A stretch of 64,000 nucleotides of DNA from Candidatus Woesearchaeota archaeon. Lineage in GTDB: Archaea > Nanobdellota > Nanobdellia > Pacearchaeales > GW2011-AR1. The translations under genes and the position numbers were made by a program. Each line of letters starts with the position of its first letter. Position 1 is the stretch's first letter. The DNA lies in the NCBI GenBank assembly GCA_964514585.1, contig CAZETU010000001.1:210523-274522 (forward strand). The letters are read 5' to 3'. The notes beneath the pieces are model-generated. The model searched no databases, had not been told where the DNA came from, and was given only the letters and a program-made list of their open reading frames with translations. Below are positions 1 through 9,491 of this stretch, piece after piece.

Positions 1-144
1 CGAGATTTCAAATCGGTCAGAGAAGATATTAAAGTCCTAGAAAGATTCGGCTTCATCGATTTTCATTCAGAAAAAGTCGGCAAAAGAGAATCCCTAATGC
101 CAGTTCTGGTAGCAGACAGACTCCAAATAATCATAGATATCTAA
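1..144 (+). CDS. 3' end of a winged-HTH transcriptional regulator (partial, begins before window)
   Basis: Frame 1 is open from base 1: RDFKSVREDIKVLERFGFIDFHSEKVGKRESLMPVLVADRLQIIIDI*, resembling a wHTH recognition helix plus wing. Confidence 0.65.
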   Translation, partial: RDFKSVREDIKVLERFGFIDFHSEKVGKRESLMPVLVADRLQIIIDI

Positions 145-180
145 ATATACACAAGCGCCGAAAAGCGGCGCAACAAAAAC

Positions 181-270
181 ACATAAGATATCGTACAAGA
201 TTCACTCTTGGAAGATATCCAAAGGAATTCTGCAGAATTCCCCCAAAGAATTTTGCACCAGCAAAATTTT
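181..270. repeat. Three-hairpin dispersed element, copy A
   Basis: 181-220 matches 60672-60711 at 35/40 nt, followed by hairpins GGAATTCT-gc-AGAATTCC and AATTTTGC-acca-GCAAAATT. Confidence 0.75.
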
Positions 271-276
271 TAACGT

Positions 277-774
277 CTAAAAGACCTTACAAACCTTCAT
301 TCGAATTACTAAACTATCACTACCAGAAACAATACTTCTCTGCGAAGCCAAAACATTCCCCGTGCAATTCCCCTCATCTATCCTCAAAAGCCCCTGCGTC
401 CCATCATCTTCCTTAACAAAAAAATCAAGCTGATAAGCATTCACACTTGCCTCACTTTCCATCAAATCCCCCAAAATATCACTCAGACTCTCATTTAGAT
501 AATCACACGCAGAAACCCCCAAATTGCTGCACCGATCACCCTCATAACAACTCTTAAACAAATCCTCAACAGCATCATAATCCGGCTCGTAAACAATCGC
601 ACAATCAGTCGTATATTTCATCAAAGCACTCAATATATGACTCGTCTCTAAACTATCGCTCTCATCCGGCCCATCTCTAAGCGAAATCACCAAAAAAACC
701 ATCAACCCAACAACAACCAACACAACTATCAAAACAAACCCAACCATCTCCTGCTGCCCCTTATTGTTCCTCAT
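277..774 (-). CDS. Pilin-like protein with class III signal peptide
   Basis: N-terminus MRNNKG-QQEM followed by a long hydrophobic helix; paired Cys in the globular part. Confidence 0.75.
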   Translation of the reverse strand: MRNNKGQQEMVGFVLIVVLVVVGLMVFLVISLRDGPDESDSLETSHILSALMKYTTDCAIVYEPDYDAVEDLFKSCYEGDRCSNLGVSACDYLNESLSDILGDLMESEASVNAYQLDFFVKEDDGTQGLLRIDEGNCTGNVLASQRSIVSGSDSLVIRMKVCKVF

Positions 775-1276
775 GAATCTTCACCCCCACAACTAATTTT
801 CCAATCTCACACCTCGGCTCACCACCCAATTCCTTCATATTCTTACAAATCGACACATAACTCGAATATTCCTTCACATTACTCTGCCCAGAATCATAAA
901 TCTCATAATAATTACAATTAAACCCAGGACATTTCTTAACCTCATCAAACGCAGGATAAACCAAATAAACCTTCACAGAAGCAACAGGCCAAAACACCTC
1001 ATAAGCAGCACTAAAATCTCCAGTCATAATCCGAAGCTTATCCTCATCTAAAGTCATACTCTCACTAGAATCATAATTCAACTCAGGCATATCTGCAATA
1101 ACCCGCAAAGAAGAAATCGCCTTATCTCTCTGAAGCGAAGCAGCCCCACCCTGAATATCACCAACCCAAATCCCAAGAAAAAACAACCCAACTAAAACAA
1201 AAAAGAACATTACAGCAACTATCATAAACGCCATCTGCATAATTTTCATCTGCCCTCGCGCGCGACATTTCACCAT
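761..1276 (-). CDS. Pilin-like protein with class III signal peptide
   Basis: MVKCRARG-QMKIMQMAF plus hydrophobic helix; ATG at 1276 overlaps the upstream stop codon. Confidence 0.75.
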   Translation of the reverse strand: MVKCRARGQMKIMQMAFMIVAVMFFFVLVGLFFLGIWVGDIQGGAASLQRDKAISSLRVIADMPELNYDSSESMTLDEDKLRIMTGDFSAAYEVFWPVASVKVYLVYPAFDEVKKCPGFNCNYYEIYDSGQSNVKEYSSYVSICKNMKELGGEPRCEIGKLVVGVKIHEEQ

Positions 1277-2238
1277 AATCCACACAACTCCATATCATTT
1301 CTCCTCTCAAGAGTATCACCTAAAGGCCGCAAATTCATCAAATCTTCAGTAGTAGCATTACCAACCAAGCCACTCCAAACAAACAAATCCCCTTTCAAAT
1401 TCGTATTACAGCCTCGAGCATCCATCAAATCAGCCTTCTCAACAAACATCTCCCCAATCTTCCCAGCTCGATACATCAACCGCTCAACATTACACTCATA
1501 AATATTCTCATCCGAAAAAATCGCAGCATACATCAAACTCCCAACATAATTCATGTCCTCACCCTTCTTCACAACAATTCCCTCATCATAAACCGAATCA
1601 CACTTAGACAAACACGATCCATAAACCGAAATATCACAATCACTCCCCTGTCCAAAACAAACATTAACAGCCTCAGGAAAATCACAGCCAACATTTTTCC
1701 CAATCGAAATATCATACTCTGAAACCCCAACATTAGGCATCCCAAAACTCAAAACCTCATCAGCAATCTCATCAGGTGCATCCATAAAACAATAATTCTC
1801 ACTCGTCAAAAAAATCAAATCCGAAACCTTATACGGAAAATCAAAAGGCTTAGAAAAAACATAATAATCCTTACCGGTATTCTTCTCCGAAGAGAAAATA
1901 TACTTATTATAAACGGAAGTAGCCCCGCCAAAATCGCCCCACTCACCATTCATCCCAGTTTCCGTCGCAACCGCAATATCATTTTTCCCGAAACCACCAG
2001 TGAAACAAATATTCCTAATCTTAGTTTCCTGTCTAAAAGCTATCTGACCAAAAGAACCCTCGCTAAAACCGGCTTGCAACGGATCAGTAATTATCGAAAT
2101 ACTTTTTCCAATTTCAGTATTTGACCCATAAACTTGAGTATCTCCCGTATTCATAGCCCCAAAAATCGCCAAGAATAAAATCGCTCCACCAACGATAATC
2201 GCAAATAACCACGCAAAATTAAATTGCCCCTTTTTCAT
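1270..2238 (-). CDS. Pilin-like Cys-rich protein with class III signal peptide
   Basis: MKKG-QFNFAWLFAIIVGGAILFLAIF; several Cys in the C-terminal part. Confidence 0.75.
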   Translation of the reverse strand: MKKGQFNFAWLFAIIVGGAILFLAIFGAMNTGDTQVYGSNTEIGKSISIITDPLQAGFSEGSFGQIAFRQETKIRNICFTGGFGKNDIAVATETGMNGEWGDFGGATSVYNKYIFSSEKNTGKDYYVFSKPFDFPYKVSDLIFLTSENYCFMDAPDEIADEVLSFGMPNVGVSEYDISIGKNVGCDFPEAVNVCFGQGSDCDISVYGSCLSKCDSVYDEGIVVKKGEDMNYVGSLMYAAIFSDENIYECNVERLMYRAGKIGEMFVEKADLMDARGCNTNLKGDLFVWSGLVGNATTEDLMNLRPLGDTLERRNDMELCGLW

Positions 2239-2276
2239 AAAAATACAATGCCAATACTTTTTTTAAAATCTCCTAA

Positions 2277-2768
2277 TCAGCTTATCATAACCAACTTATC
2301 ATAAAAATCCTTCTCGATCCTCAACCCCTTCGAAACCTCGACACAATAAGGATTCCCCTGCGCAGTAATCTTCTCCAAATTAATATGTTCAATCAATTTC
2401 CACTGCATATTTTCAGCTTTCTCCGGCGGAACCAAAAAAGTATTAGCCCTATAAACATCATAATTCCGAATCTGATCATAATCCGCCCCAGGCCTAGTTA
2501 TCGTCGCCGACAAATTAGCAAAACAAACCTTCTCAATCCCCGACGGCAAATCAATATCAAAATTAACAGCACTCGACTGACCACTAAGCGCATCATTCAC
2601 ACCCCCCTGCAACTCACGATAAAACAACCCAACACTCGATGCATCTCCAATATCCAAAAAATAATCAACCGCAATAAATGCCACAACAACAAAAACAACT
2701 ATCAACAAAATCGCAAAAATCATACCAAAAGGCATTCCCATCGTCTGCTGTCCCCTCTTCAACCTCAT
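2277..2768 (-). CDS. Pilin-like protein with class III signal peptide
   Basis: MRLKRG-QQTMGMPFG plus hydrophobic helix. Confidence 0.75.
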   Translation of the reverse strand: MRLKRGQQTMGMPFGMIFAILLIVVFVVVAFIAVDYFLDIGDASSVGLFYRELQGGVNDALSGQSSAVNFDIDLPSGIEKVCFANLSATITRPGADYDQIRNYDVYRANTFLVPPEKAENMQWKLIEHINLEKITAQGNPYCVEVSKGLRIEKDFYDKLVMIS

Positions 2769-2882
2769 AATAATTACATAGCAACCGATTTTATAAAACT
2801 ATAGCTAAAACTATACAATCTCCAACAACACCATTTTGCCGTTGGTAAAATTAATAAAAAAATAAAAAAATAATTTTTATAT

Positions 2883-4160
2883 TCAGTAGAGGATGTTCAA
2901 ACCTGCAATATCTCCAAAGTTAAGAGTTCTTTTCCCAATATCTCCTTCCCAAGAATAGCCAAACATTGTTTGTTCTCCACATTCAGAATTATACAAATCT
3001 CCTAAACCAATTGCATGTCCAAGTTCATGTGTTAAGATATTTTGTAAATCCATTTTCAAAGGATCTCCATCTCCCCAAGCGAAATCTGTATCCAACATTA
3101 CGTCAAACTCTGTAATTTGCCTCTTTTTTGGCGGTCCTCCGAAATAACCCCAAACTGAACAAACTGCGATTACACCATCTTGATCATAGTCGCCAAAAGA
3201 GATTACATTTGTCCCATCTCCATTAATTCCGGTTGGATAACTAGAATCAAGAGTTTGAACTCCAAAGTTAATAAAATCCGTGTCAGCCCAATCTACCGGC
3301 TCATTCCATTCACCTATCGATTTATCAACCGCAGCTACAAATTGCTCTGCCGTAACGCCTTCTTCTCCTTCCGTTACACTTATTAGATAATTAGGCGATG
3401 TCCACCATTCCATATCTCTCGATATGAAACTATAACAAGCATCATCTTTTACAGGCTTAGCTTTCTTAATCAATTTAGACCCACCAATCTGTTCATGTCT
3501 GCCATCCGCATAATGAATAAACGTGATTTTTTCTTTATATTGTCCAAGTCCTGCTCCTGCAGGCGAAACATATTGCATTCCATTTAATCCAGCACAATGG
3601 TCGTTTTCAATTTGTTGTATTATTGCAAAGGCACCCCAAATTTCAGGTCCGATTTCTGTTCCATCAGCAGTCTGCCAAATCTCATCAACCAAAACAGCGT
3701 CCGTAGGTGCAGCAACTATCTTAACAAAATAGTTCCATTTACAAATCTCTCCTTTAACCTCATATTCGCCACTTTGATGATTAGTCAACCAAGCTCCAGA
3801 ACCAATATAACTCTCATGTCCATAGTGTCTATCAAGTAACCCATCGTCATCACAATCTTTATTACTTAACCATGCATCGTTCCATTTCATAGATAATTTA
3901 ATATCCCTATAATCGTGGCACCATTCCGCATCTCTGTAGGAATCACAATACCCGCCATTAAAAAATCTTCCTTGATAATTATAGCCCCATTCGTCAAAAC
4001 CAGTCGTTATAGTTTCTCCTTCAGAATTAACCAATTCTCCACTTTGAATTGTCATACATTGACCAGAAGTCTTCTCCTTATTTTCACTCCCAGCAAAAAC
4101 CAAACCAATAGTTGAAAACATCATCAGCAGAATTAAACTAAATGTTATTATTTTTTTCAT
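2883..4160 (-). CDS. Secreted metzincin (matrixin-like) zinc metalloprotease with an extra N-terminal domain
   Basis: Signal peptide; HELGHAIGLGD zinc motif; Met-turn QTMFGY; GGAGG SD motif upstream. Confidence 0.8.
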   Translation of the reverse strand: MKKIITFSLILLMMFSTIGLVFAGSENKEKTSGQCMTIQSGELVNSEGETITTGFDEWGYNYQGRFFNGGYCDSYRDAEWCHDYRDIKLSMKWNDAWLSNKDCDDDGLLDRHYGHESYIGSGAWLTNHQSGEYEVKGEICKWNYFVKIVAAPTDAVLVDEIWQTADGTEIGPEIWGAFAIIQQIENDHCAGLNGMQYVSPAGAGLGQYKEKITFIHYADGRHEQIGGSKLIKKAKPVKDDACYSFISRDMEWWTSPNYLISVTEGEEGVTAEQFVAAVDKSIGEWNEPVDWADTDFINFGVQTLDSSYPTGINGDGTNVISFGDYDQDGVIAVCSVWGYFGGPPKKRQITEFDVMLDTDFAWGDGDPLKMDLQNILTHELGHAIGLGDLYNSECGEQTMFGYSWEGDIGKRTLNFGDIAGLNILY

Positions 4161-4254
4161 ATTTTTATACCTCCTATAATTTAGTTAAGTATATGTAATC
4201 AACGTCGACAAAGTATTTAAATTTTTATACCCCAGCAGATTATACATTATTATC

Positions 4255-6687
4255 TTACAAAAAATCCTGAGTCGGTCTCACAACAACCGAACAATCAGCG
4301 TCCTCATTTCTAAAGGCATCACGACACTTAATATAATAAGTCTCCTGATCATTCCACTCAGCAACGTGAACACTAGAATTAGAATAAGGCATCTCAACTC
4401 CCTCATCAAAACTAAAGTCACAATTATTAAACGAATAAGCACACTCACTATCCCGAACAGTCACAAGCTTCAACATCTGATCTTCCTCATAAATCCTCGC
4501 AACAACCGGCGCATTAGTATCAACATCCAAAGTAAAACTCGCAATATCTAAAGCTAAATTCCCACCCTCATCGATACACTTAACATAATAATCATGCTCA
4601 CCACCAACCAAATCTAACCTCTGCGTATGAATTCCATCATCAGTATTCGTATCATAAAACATAATGTAGTCATTCTCATTACCAGTCTCAGAATAATAAC
4701 AAACCGACCGACCATTATTACAACCATAAATCGTCTCAGCATATAACTCAACAGGCGCAGGACTAACAGCCCCAAAAATGGTCCCATTAGGCATCAATCT
4801 TCTCAACTTCAAACCAGTGCTCCCTCTGAGGCTAAACTTAAAACTCTCTTTATTCTCATTCCTATCATTCTCTTCAACTCCAGGCTGATCCTTACATCTT
4901 ACATAAAAGTCAGCTCCATCCCTAGGAATCCCACTAAGCTCACCTTGACAAGTAAACAACTGCGCCGCATTCATTTGATAAAGCTCACTCGAACAACTCA
5001 TCTCATTTTGCATATTATCATAATCCTGATCCTGAGTACTCCACCTACAAGTCGACGGCTCATTAACATAAAACTCAACCATAGCAGTATCCTGTTCCTC
5101 AGCAACACACCCACCATTAACAACCGAAGTAGCCTTAACCTGCGGAGCAGTCACGTCTGGCGACGGATCAATACAAAACCGAATAGCATACTCAGCCGAA
5201 TTCTCATTCCCATTCTTATCCTTACACCTCAAATAAAACGTCAAATCCTTCCCATTCTCCAAAACAAGACCAGTCCCCTCAATCTCAGCAGCCCCAGGCA
5301 AACTAAACTTCTCCGAATGATTATAAGAATACAAATTACTCGACCCCACATAACTAATCATCTCATCAAATGTCTCAGTATGATTAAAATCAATCTTACA
5401 CTGCGCTGGCTCATTAACAGTAATCCCAAACTCCAACGGTGTAAACGCTTTTAAGCACCCATCACTAGATTCTAAATTAACAATCTTAAATCCAGGACCA
5501 GGCGGCGAAATCTTAACATCAGTATACTTATGCCCCAAACTAAGCTCATTATAATTCGGCTTAATCACAGGCATATCAACATCCCGAGGATTAATATTCA
5601 CACACTTCTCATCCACTGTTCCCTCATTAACAATCTCACAATTCTGTCCCAAAGATTTACACCTATACTCAGAACAAGGCAAAGAGTCATCATTACAAAT
5701 CTCACAATCATTCCCTCCCGACGGAGCCTGCCACGGCATACACTCAAAAGTCACAACCTCAGTATCCATCTTCTGATACATAGCAACAAAAACAACAGCC
5801 CCAATCCCAACACCAACCAAAGGATTAGAAAGCCACTTCCAAGACTGCGACTCAAGAATTTTACTATAAGTAGAAAAAAACCTATAAGATCCAGCTCCAG
5901 CGGCCAAAGCCGTAGACAAAGCCTCAGTATTTTGTTCCTCCATCCCAAACAAACTTCCAATCATCTGACCAGCAAAATAAGCAATTCCTGCCCAAACCAA
6001 ACCAGAGACAGCTGCATCAGCAAAAGTTCCTTTAATAAGTCCAAGATGAGAAGATCCAAATTTAGTACTAGTTTGGCCAGCACTAGTAACCGGAGTCTTA
6101 GCAACAACGGAAGAAGTTCCTTCAACAGTTTTTGTAACACCATTAGAATTAGTAACGACCATATCATAAGTACCTTTTTCAGCACCAGCAGTAACAGTGG
6201 CAGTTGTTCCGTCACCTAAAGCTGCAGTTTCAATACCTTTCTCTCCCATGTATTGTAAGGTTCCACCATTATAAGTTCCAGCAGGAAGTTGGGTTGTTAA
6301 GTCAGCAGCATAAGTAGTGGTTCCAGACCAAGAGCCCGTATTGCCCGAGGCGTAATTCGTAACATCAACCTTAGGAGCATTAGAAGGAGGAGTTGGAAGT
6401 TTTGAAGTTTCCCCAGCCCCAGCGGATCCCTTAAGTCCCCCAGCACCACCAGTCTCAACAGTAGAGGTTCCTGCTTCTGCAGCATGTTGAGATGTAATAA
6501 CACTACCATCGCCAATTATACCATCACCATTAATATCATATTGAAGGTCAACTTCACTAGGAGTGCCAGCACTAACAAATTCAATATTCCCAATCATAAA
6601 TGCAAACGCAAAAACAGACAAAATAAACAAGCCTAATTCAAAACTAGCAACGGATTTTTTAACAAATAAATCAGACCCTTTTTTCAT
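4255..6687 (-). CDS. Large Cys-rich membrane/surface protein (810 aa)
   Basis: N-terminal hydrophobic segment, Thr/Gly-rich region, central Gly-rich hydrophobic helices, Cys-rich C-terminal half paralogous to the 14689-18477 protein. Confidence 0.8.
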   Translation of the reverse strand: MKKGSDLFVKKSVASFELGLFILSVFAFAFMIGNIEFVSAGTPSEVDLQYDINGDGIIGDGSVITSQHAAEAGTSTVETGGAGGLKGSAGAGETSKLPTPPSNAPKVDVTNYASGNTGSWSGTTTYAADLTTQLPAGTYNGGTLQYMGEKGIETAALGDGTTATVTAGAEKGTYDMVVTNSNGVTKTVEGTSSVVAKTPVTSAGQTSTKFGSSHLGLIKGTFADAAVSGLVWAGIAYFAGQMIGSLFGMEEQNTEALSTALAAGAGSYRFFSTYSKILESQSWKWLSNPLVGVGIGAVVFVAMYQKMDTEVVTFECMPWQAPSGGNDCEICNDDSLPCSEYRCKSLGQNCEIVNEGTVDEKCVNINPRDVDMPVIKPNYNELSLGHKYTDVKISPPGPGFKIVNLESSDGCLKAFTPLEFGITVNEPAQCKIDFNHTETFDEMISYVGSSNLYSYNHSEKFSLPGAAEIEGTGLVLENGKDLTFYLRCKDKNGNENSAEYAIRFCIDPSPDVTAPQVKATSVVNGGCVAEEQDTAMVEFYVNEPSTCRWSTQDQDYDNMQNEMSCSSELYQMNAAQLFTCQGELSGIPRDGADFYVRCKDQPGVEENDRNENKESFKFSLRGSTGLKLRRLMPNGTIFGAVSPAPVELYAETIYGCNNGRSVCYYSETGNENDYIMFYDTNTDDGIHTQRLDLVGGEHDYYVKCIDEGGNLALDIASFTLDVDTNAPVVARIYEEDQMLKLVTVRDSECAYSFNNCDFSFDEGVEMPYSNSSVHVAEWNDQETYYIKCRDAFRNEDADCSVVVRPTQDFL

Positions 6688-6721
6688 AAATACTACAACA
6701 ATCAGTTATTTATAAATTCTA

Positions 6722-7237
6722 TTATTCGATAACCCTAAATTTTCTTACATCCGCAGCTCCACTTTCTGCTCTAGCAATTACAACATATTCTCCTGGAAGT
6801 AAGGAGTCTTTTCTAACAATACATGCTTTCCCCGGCAATGCGTTATACCGATCAAAAGACTTACCATTTTTGTCTCTAAATTCATAAGAAACACGCTCTC
6901 TTTCACTATAAGCCCCTAAATCAATATATATTCCAATGTTTCTATTGTCAATAACATTTCCAGCATCATTACCCAATTCTGAAATCTCAATATTCCCATT
7001 TTCATCCTTATCATCACATTCTCTAAAATTCATTCTGGGATCAGGACTCTTATTAGTACGAGTTGGGAAATACTGTTCTGATAAAGTTTTAGCATTGGCC
7101 TGCCTATCCCTATTCCTCTGAACATGCTTCCCTGCTTCATATGTAGCAATAGGCATACATCCATTAACAGCAACAGCAGCCAAGCCAGCAAGACCAACTC
7201 CTAAAAAACCACGTCTAGTAATATTACCTTTTCTCAT
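6722..7237 (-). CDS. Orphan lipoprotein with twin-arginine-like signal
   Basis: TRRGFLG, hydrophobic stretch, then lipobox-like VNGC. Confidence 0.6.
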   Translation of the reverse strand: MRKGNITRRGFLGVGLAGLAAVAVNGCMPIATYEAGKHVQRNRDRQANAKTLSEQYFPTRTNKSPDPRMNFRECDDKDENGNIEISELGNDAGNVIDNRNIGIYIDLGAYSERERVSYEFRDKNGKSFDRYNALPGKACIVRKDSLLPGEYVVIARAESGAADVRKFRVIE

Positions 7238-7366
7238 ACAAACTACAAGAATTCAAACTTTAAAAGCTTTTCGATTTGTCATCACTCTTAAGAGACAAAG
7301 AAAGAAATTATTTAATTCTAATTAATCCATAGGTAAATTTTTATAACACTATTCTCTATTAAATAT

Positions 7367-8383
7367 ATGGATCTCATTAAACCAAAAAACTTGGAAAGGG
7401 GAGACACTATAGGAATTATTTCTCCTTCGGGAGGCCTAGCTCCGTTCGCTCCTCACAGACTAGATAATGCAATTAAATTCTTAGAAAATCAAGGGTATAA
7501 AGTAAAAGAGTTTTCTTGCACGAGGAAAAATAATGGATGGGAATCAGCTCCAGCAGAGGAAAGAGCCAAAGATATAATGGCCGCATTTTTAGACGAAGAA
7601 GTAAAGGCAATTATATGTTCAATAGGTGGGAACACTCTAAATAAAGTATTAAAATATCTAGATTTCGGAAAAATCGGAGAAAACCCAAAAATATTATGTG
7701 GGTATTCAGATATAAGCGTTCTTCATTATGCAATATTAAAAAAGACAGGGCTATCAACTTTTTACGGTCCATGTATGATGACCCAGTTTGGAGAGTATCC
7801 AAGTCCTCTGAGCTATACTATAGAATATTTTAACAAAGCAATTGTAAATGGGAACATTGGAGAAGTAGAATCATCAGAAGAATGGACTGGAGAAACCCTA
7901 GATTGGTTTGCAAAAAAAGATCTAGAAAGACCTAGAAAATTATCAAAAAACCCGGGCTATAAATGGCTAAAAGAGGGTAAAGCTAACGGAGAATTAATCG
8001 GCGGGTGTCTCCATTCCATAGCACACTTAATAGGAACAGAATATTGGCCAAATCATAATGAAAAAATTTTATTTATAGAAACACCAGAAGGGGAAGACTT
8101 CAAGAAAAGCGAATCACTGGCCGAAATTGATGCTCAGTTAGCAGACCTCGAAATTGCAGGGATTTTTAAACAAATAAAAGGCTTGGTGATAGGAAGACCT
8201 TTTGGCCAATCAGAAAAAGAAGTCGAAAAATTCAAAGAAGCAATTCTTGATAACACTAAAGATTACAGTTTCCCAATTTTATTCGGGATAGATATAGGAC
8301 ATACTGATCCCCAAATAACAATTCCTTTAGGAGCAAATGCAGATTTAGATTCCGAGAAAAATTTATTTATGATAAACAAATAA
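7367..8383 (+). CDS. Peptidase family S66, MccF-like
   Basis: GYSDIS (Ser nucleophile), FIETPE (Glu), IGHTDP (His); loop EEWTGETLDW resembling MccF-type members. Confidence 0.88.
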   Translation: MDLIKPKNLERGDTIGIISPSGGLAPFAPHRLDNAIKFLENQGYKVKEFSCTRKNNGWESAPAEERAKDIMAAFLDEEVKAIICSIGGNTLNKVLKYLDFGKIGENPKILCGYSDISVLHYAILKKTGLSTFYGPCMMTQFGEYPSPLSYTIEYFNKAIVNGNIGEVESSEEWTGETLDWFAKKDLERPRKLSKNPGYKWLKEGKANGELIGGCLHSIAHLIGTEYWPNHNEKILFIETPEGEDFKKSESLAEIDAQLADLEIAGIFKQIKGLVIGRPFGQSEKEVEKFKEAILDNTKDYSFPILFGIDIGHTDPQITIPLGANADLDSEKNLFMINK

Positions 8384-8387
8384 TCTA

Positions 8388-9491
8388 CTAATTAACTTCA
8401 TCTCTCCCAACTTCTCGAACCCCAGCGCTTGAAACAATAATTTTTTTTGGAACTCCAATATAGTCTGAAAATTTTGCCTTCGTTGTTCTTCTTGTTCTAC
8501 GGTCATCAAGTAAAACACGCCCGCCTTCAGATCTTATTTTTTCATAAACTTCTCTAGTTCTAGCATAAACATCTTCTGAATCACCAAACATTAAAACAGA
8601 AGTATCAAATGGTCTTATCTCTTCAGGCAAGTCAAACCCCCTACTGTCTCTCGAAGCATCAAATGCAGAGTAAAGCATTCTTTCAATACCCATAGAAAAT
8701 GATCCCAAAACAGGAAAAACATTTTCATTTTTATCGTTAGTGAATTTCAAAGATCTAACTCTTGGAACGTATTCATATCCCATGGCTAAACTTAATGCCT
8801 TATTTTGCTGATCATCCCAATTAACATTATCTCCCTCGGGGCATTTATAGAAATATTCCAAATCAAAATCTAAATGAGGCCCTCTTCTAACGTTTTCACC
8901 TCTCTTTCTTTTTGTTGCTTTGATCCCCAATCTATCAAAAAGACCTTCACAGGCTGATTCATATTGATTAAGTGAAAGGCCAAATCTTCTTCTATCCTCA
9001 TCAAGAGATAGCATTGCACAAACCTCAAACTCTCGCAATTTTAAAATTCCTCGAGGATCTTTTATAGGTCTTAGTAGACTCTTATAAAAAAATAATCTCA
9101 ATGGCAAAGTTCTATAAGAGACAGTATCTCTGTTTAGCCAATCGACAATTTCCATTTCATGGGTTGTAAGCCCTATATACTTTTCCATTGGGCTAGGCAA
9201 AGTAACAAACTTTCTCTCGAAAGTATCTTGGATTTCTGTTCCATCGTTTAAAACTTCACGTTTCATATAACTAGGAATTTCAATATGTAACGCGTCCATT
9301 CCTTCATGGCTTTCTCTAACTAATCTAGTAAGATTATCTCGTACCATAGATCCAATTGGAAGAGAAAAAGGCAATCCAGGATTCTTAAAAGAGAAAAAAA
9401 CTCCCCGCTCTAAAAGATCAGATGTTCTAAAATCTTGAAAATTATTAGGAATTTTAAATGAATTTGGAAAAGGCAACTTACTTATTCTCAT
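8388..9491 (-). CDS. Divergent prolyl-tRNA synthetase paralog (class IIa fold, no editing insertion)
   Basis: GLTTHE; SYRTLPLRL; degenerate motif 2 LRPIKDPRGILKLREF; motif 3 SMGIERML; short anticodon-binding-like tail VLLDDR...DYIGVP. Confidence 0.75.
   Translation of the reverse strand: MRISKLPFPNSFKIPNNFQDFRTSDLLERGVFFSFKNPGLPFSLPIGSMVRDNLTRLVRESHEGMDALHIEIPSYMKREVLNDGTEIQDTFERKFVTLPSPMEKYIGLTTHEMEIVDWLNRDTVSYRTLPLRLFFYKSLLRPIKDPRGILKLREFEVCAMLSLDEDRRRFGLSLNQYESACEGLFDRLGIKATKRKRGENVRRGPHLDFDLEYFYKCPEGDNVNWDDQQNKALSLAMGYEYVPRVRSLKFTNDKNENVFPVLGSFSMGIERMLYSAFDASRDSRGFDLPEEIRPFDTSVLMFGDSEDVYARTREVYEKIRSEGGRVLLDDRRTRRTTKAKFSDYIGVPKKIIVSSAGVREVGRDEVN

Noticed and set aside
155-171. Perfect GC hairpin GCGCCG-AAAAG-CGGCGC between convergent genes
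   Set aside because: Plausibly a terminator, but a single 6-bp stem is too little evidence to call.
181-270. SECIS interpretation of the 3'-UTR hairpin element
   Set aside because: The upstream genes have no in-frame UGA and no selenocysteine machinery is visible in the window.
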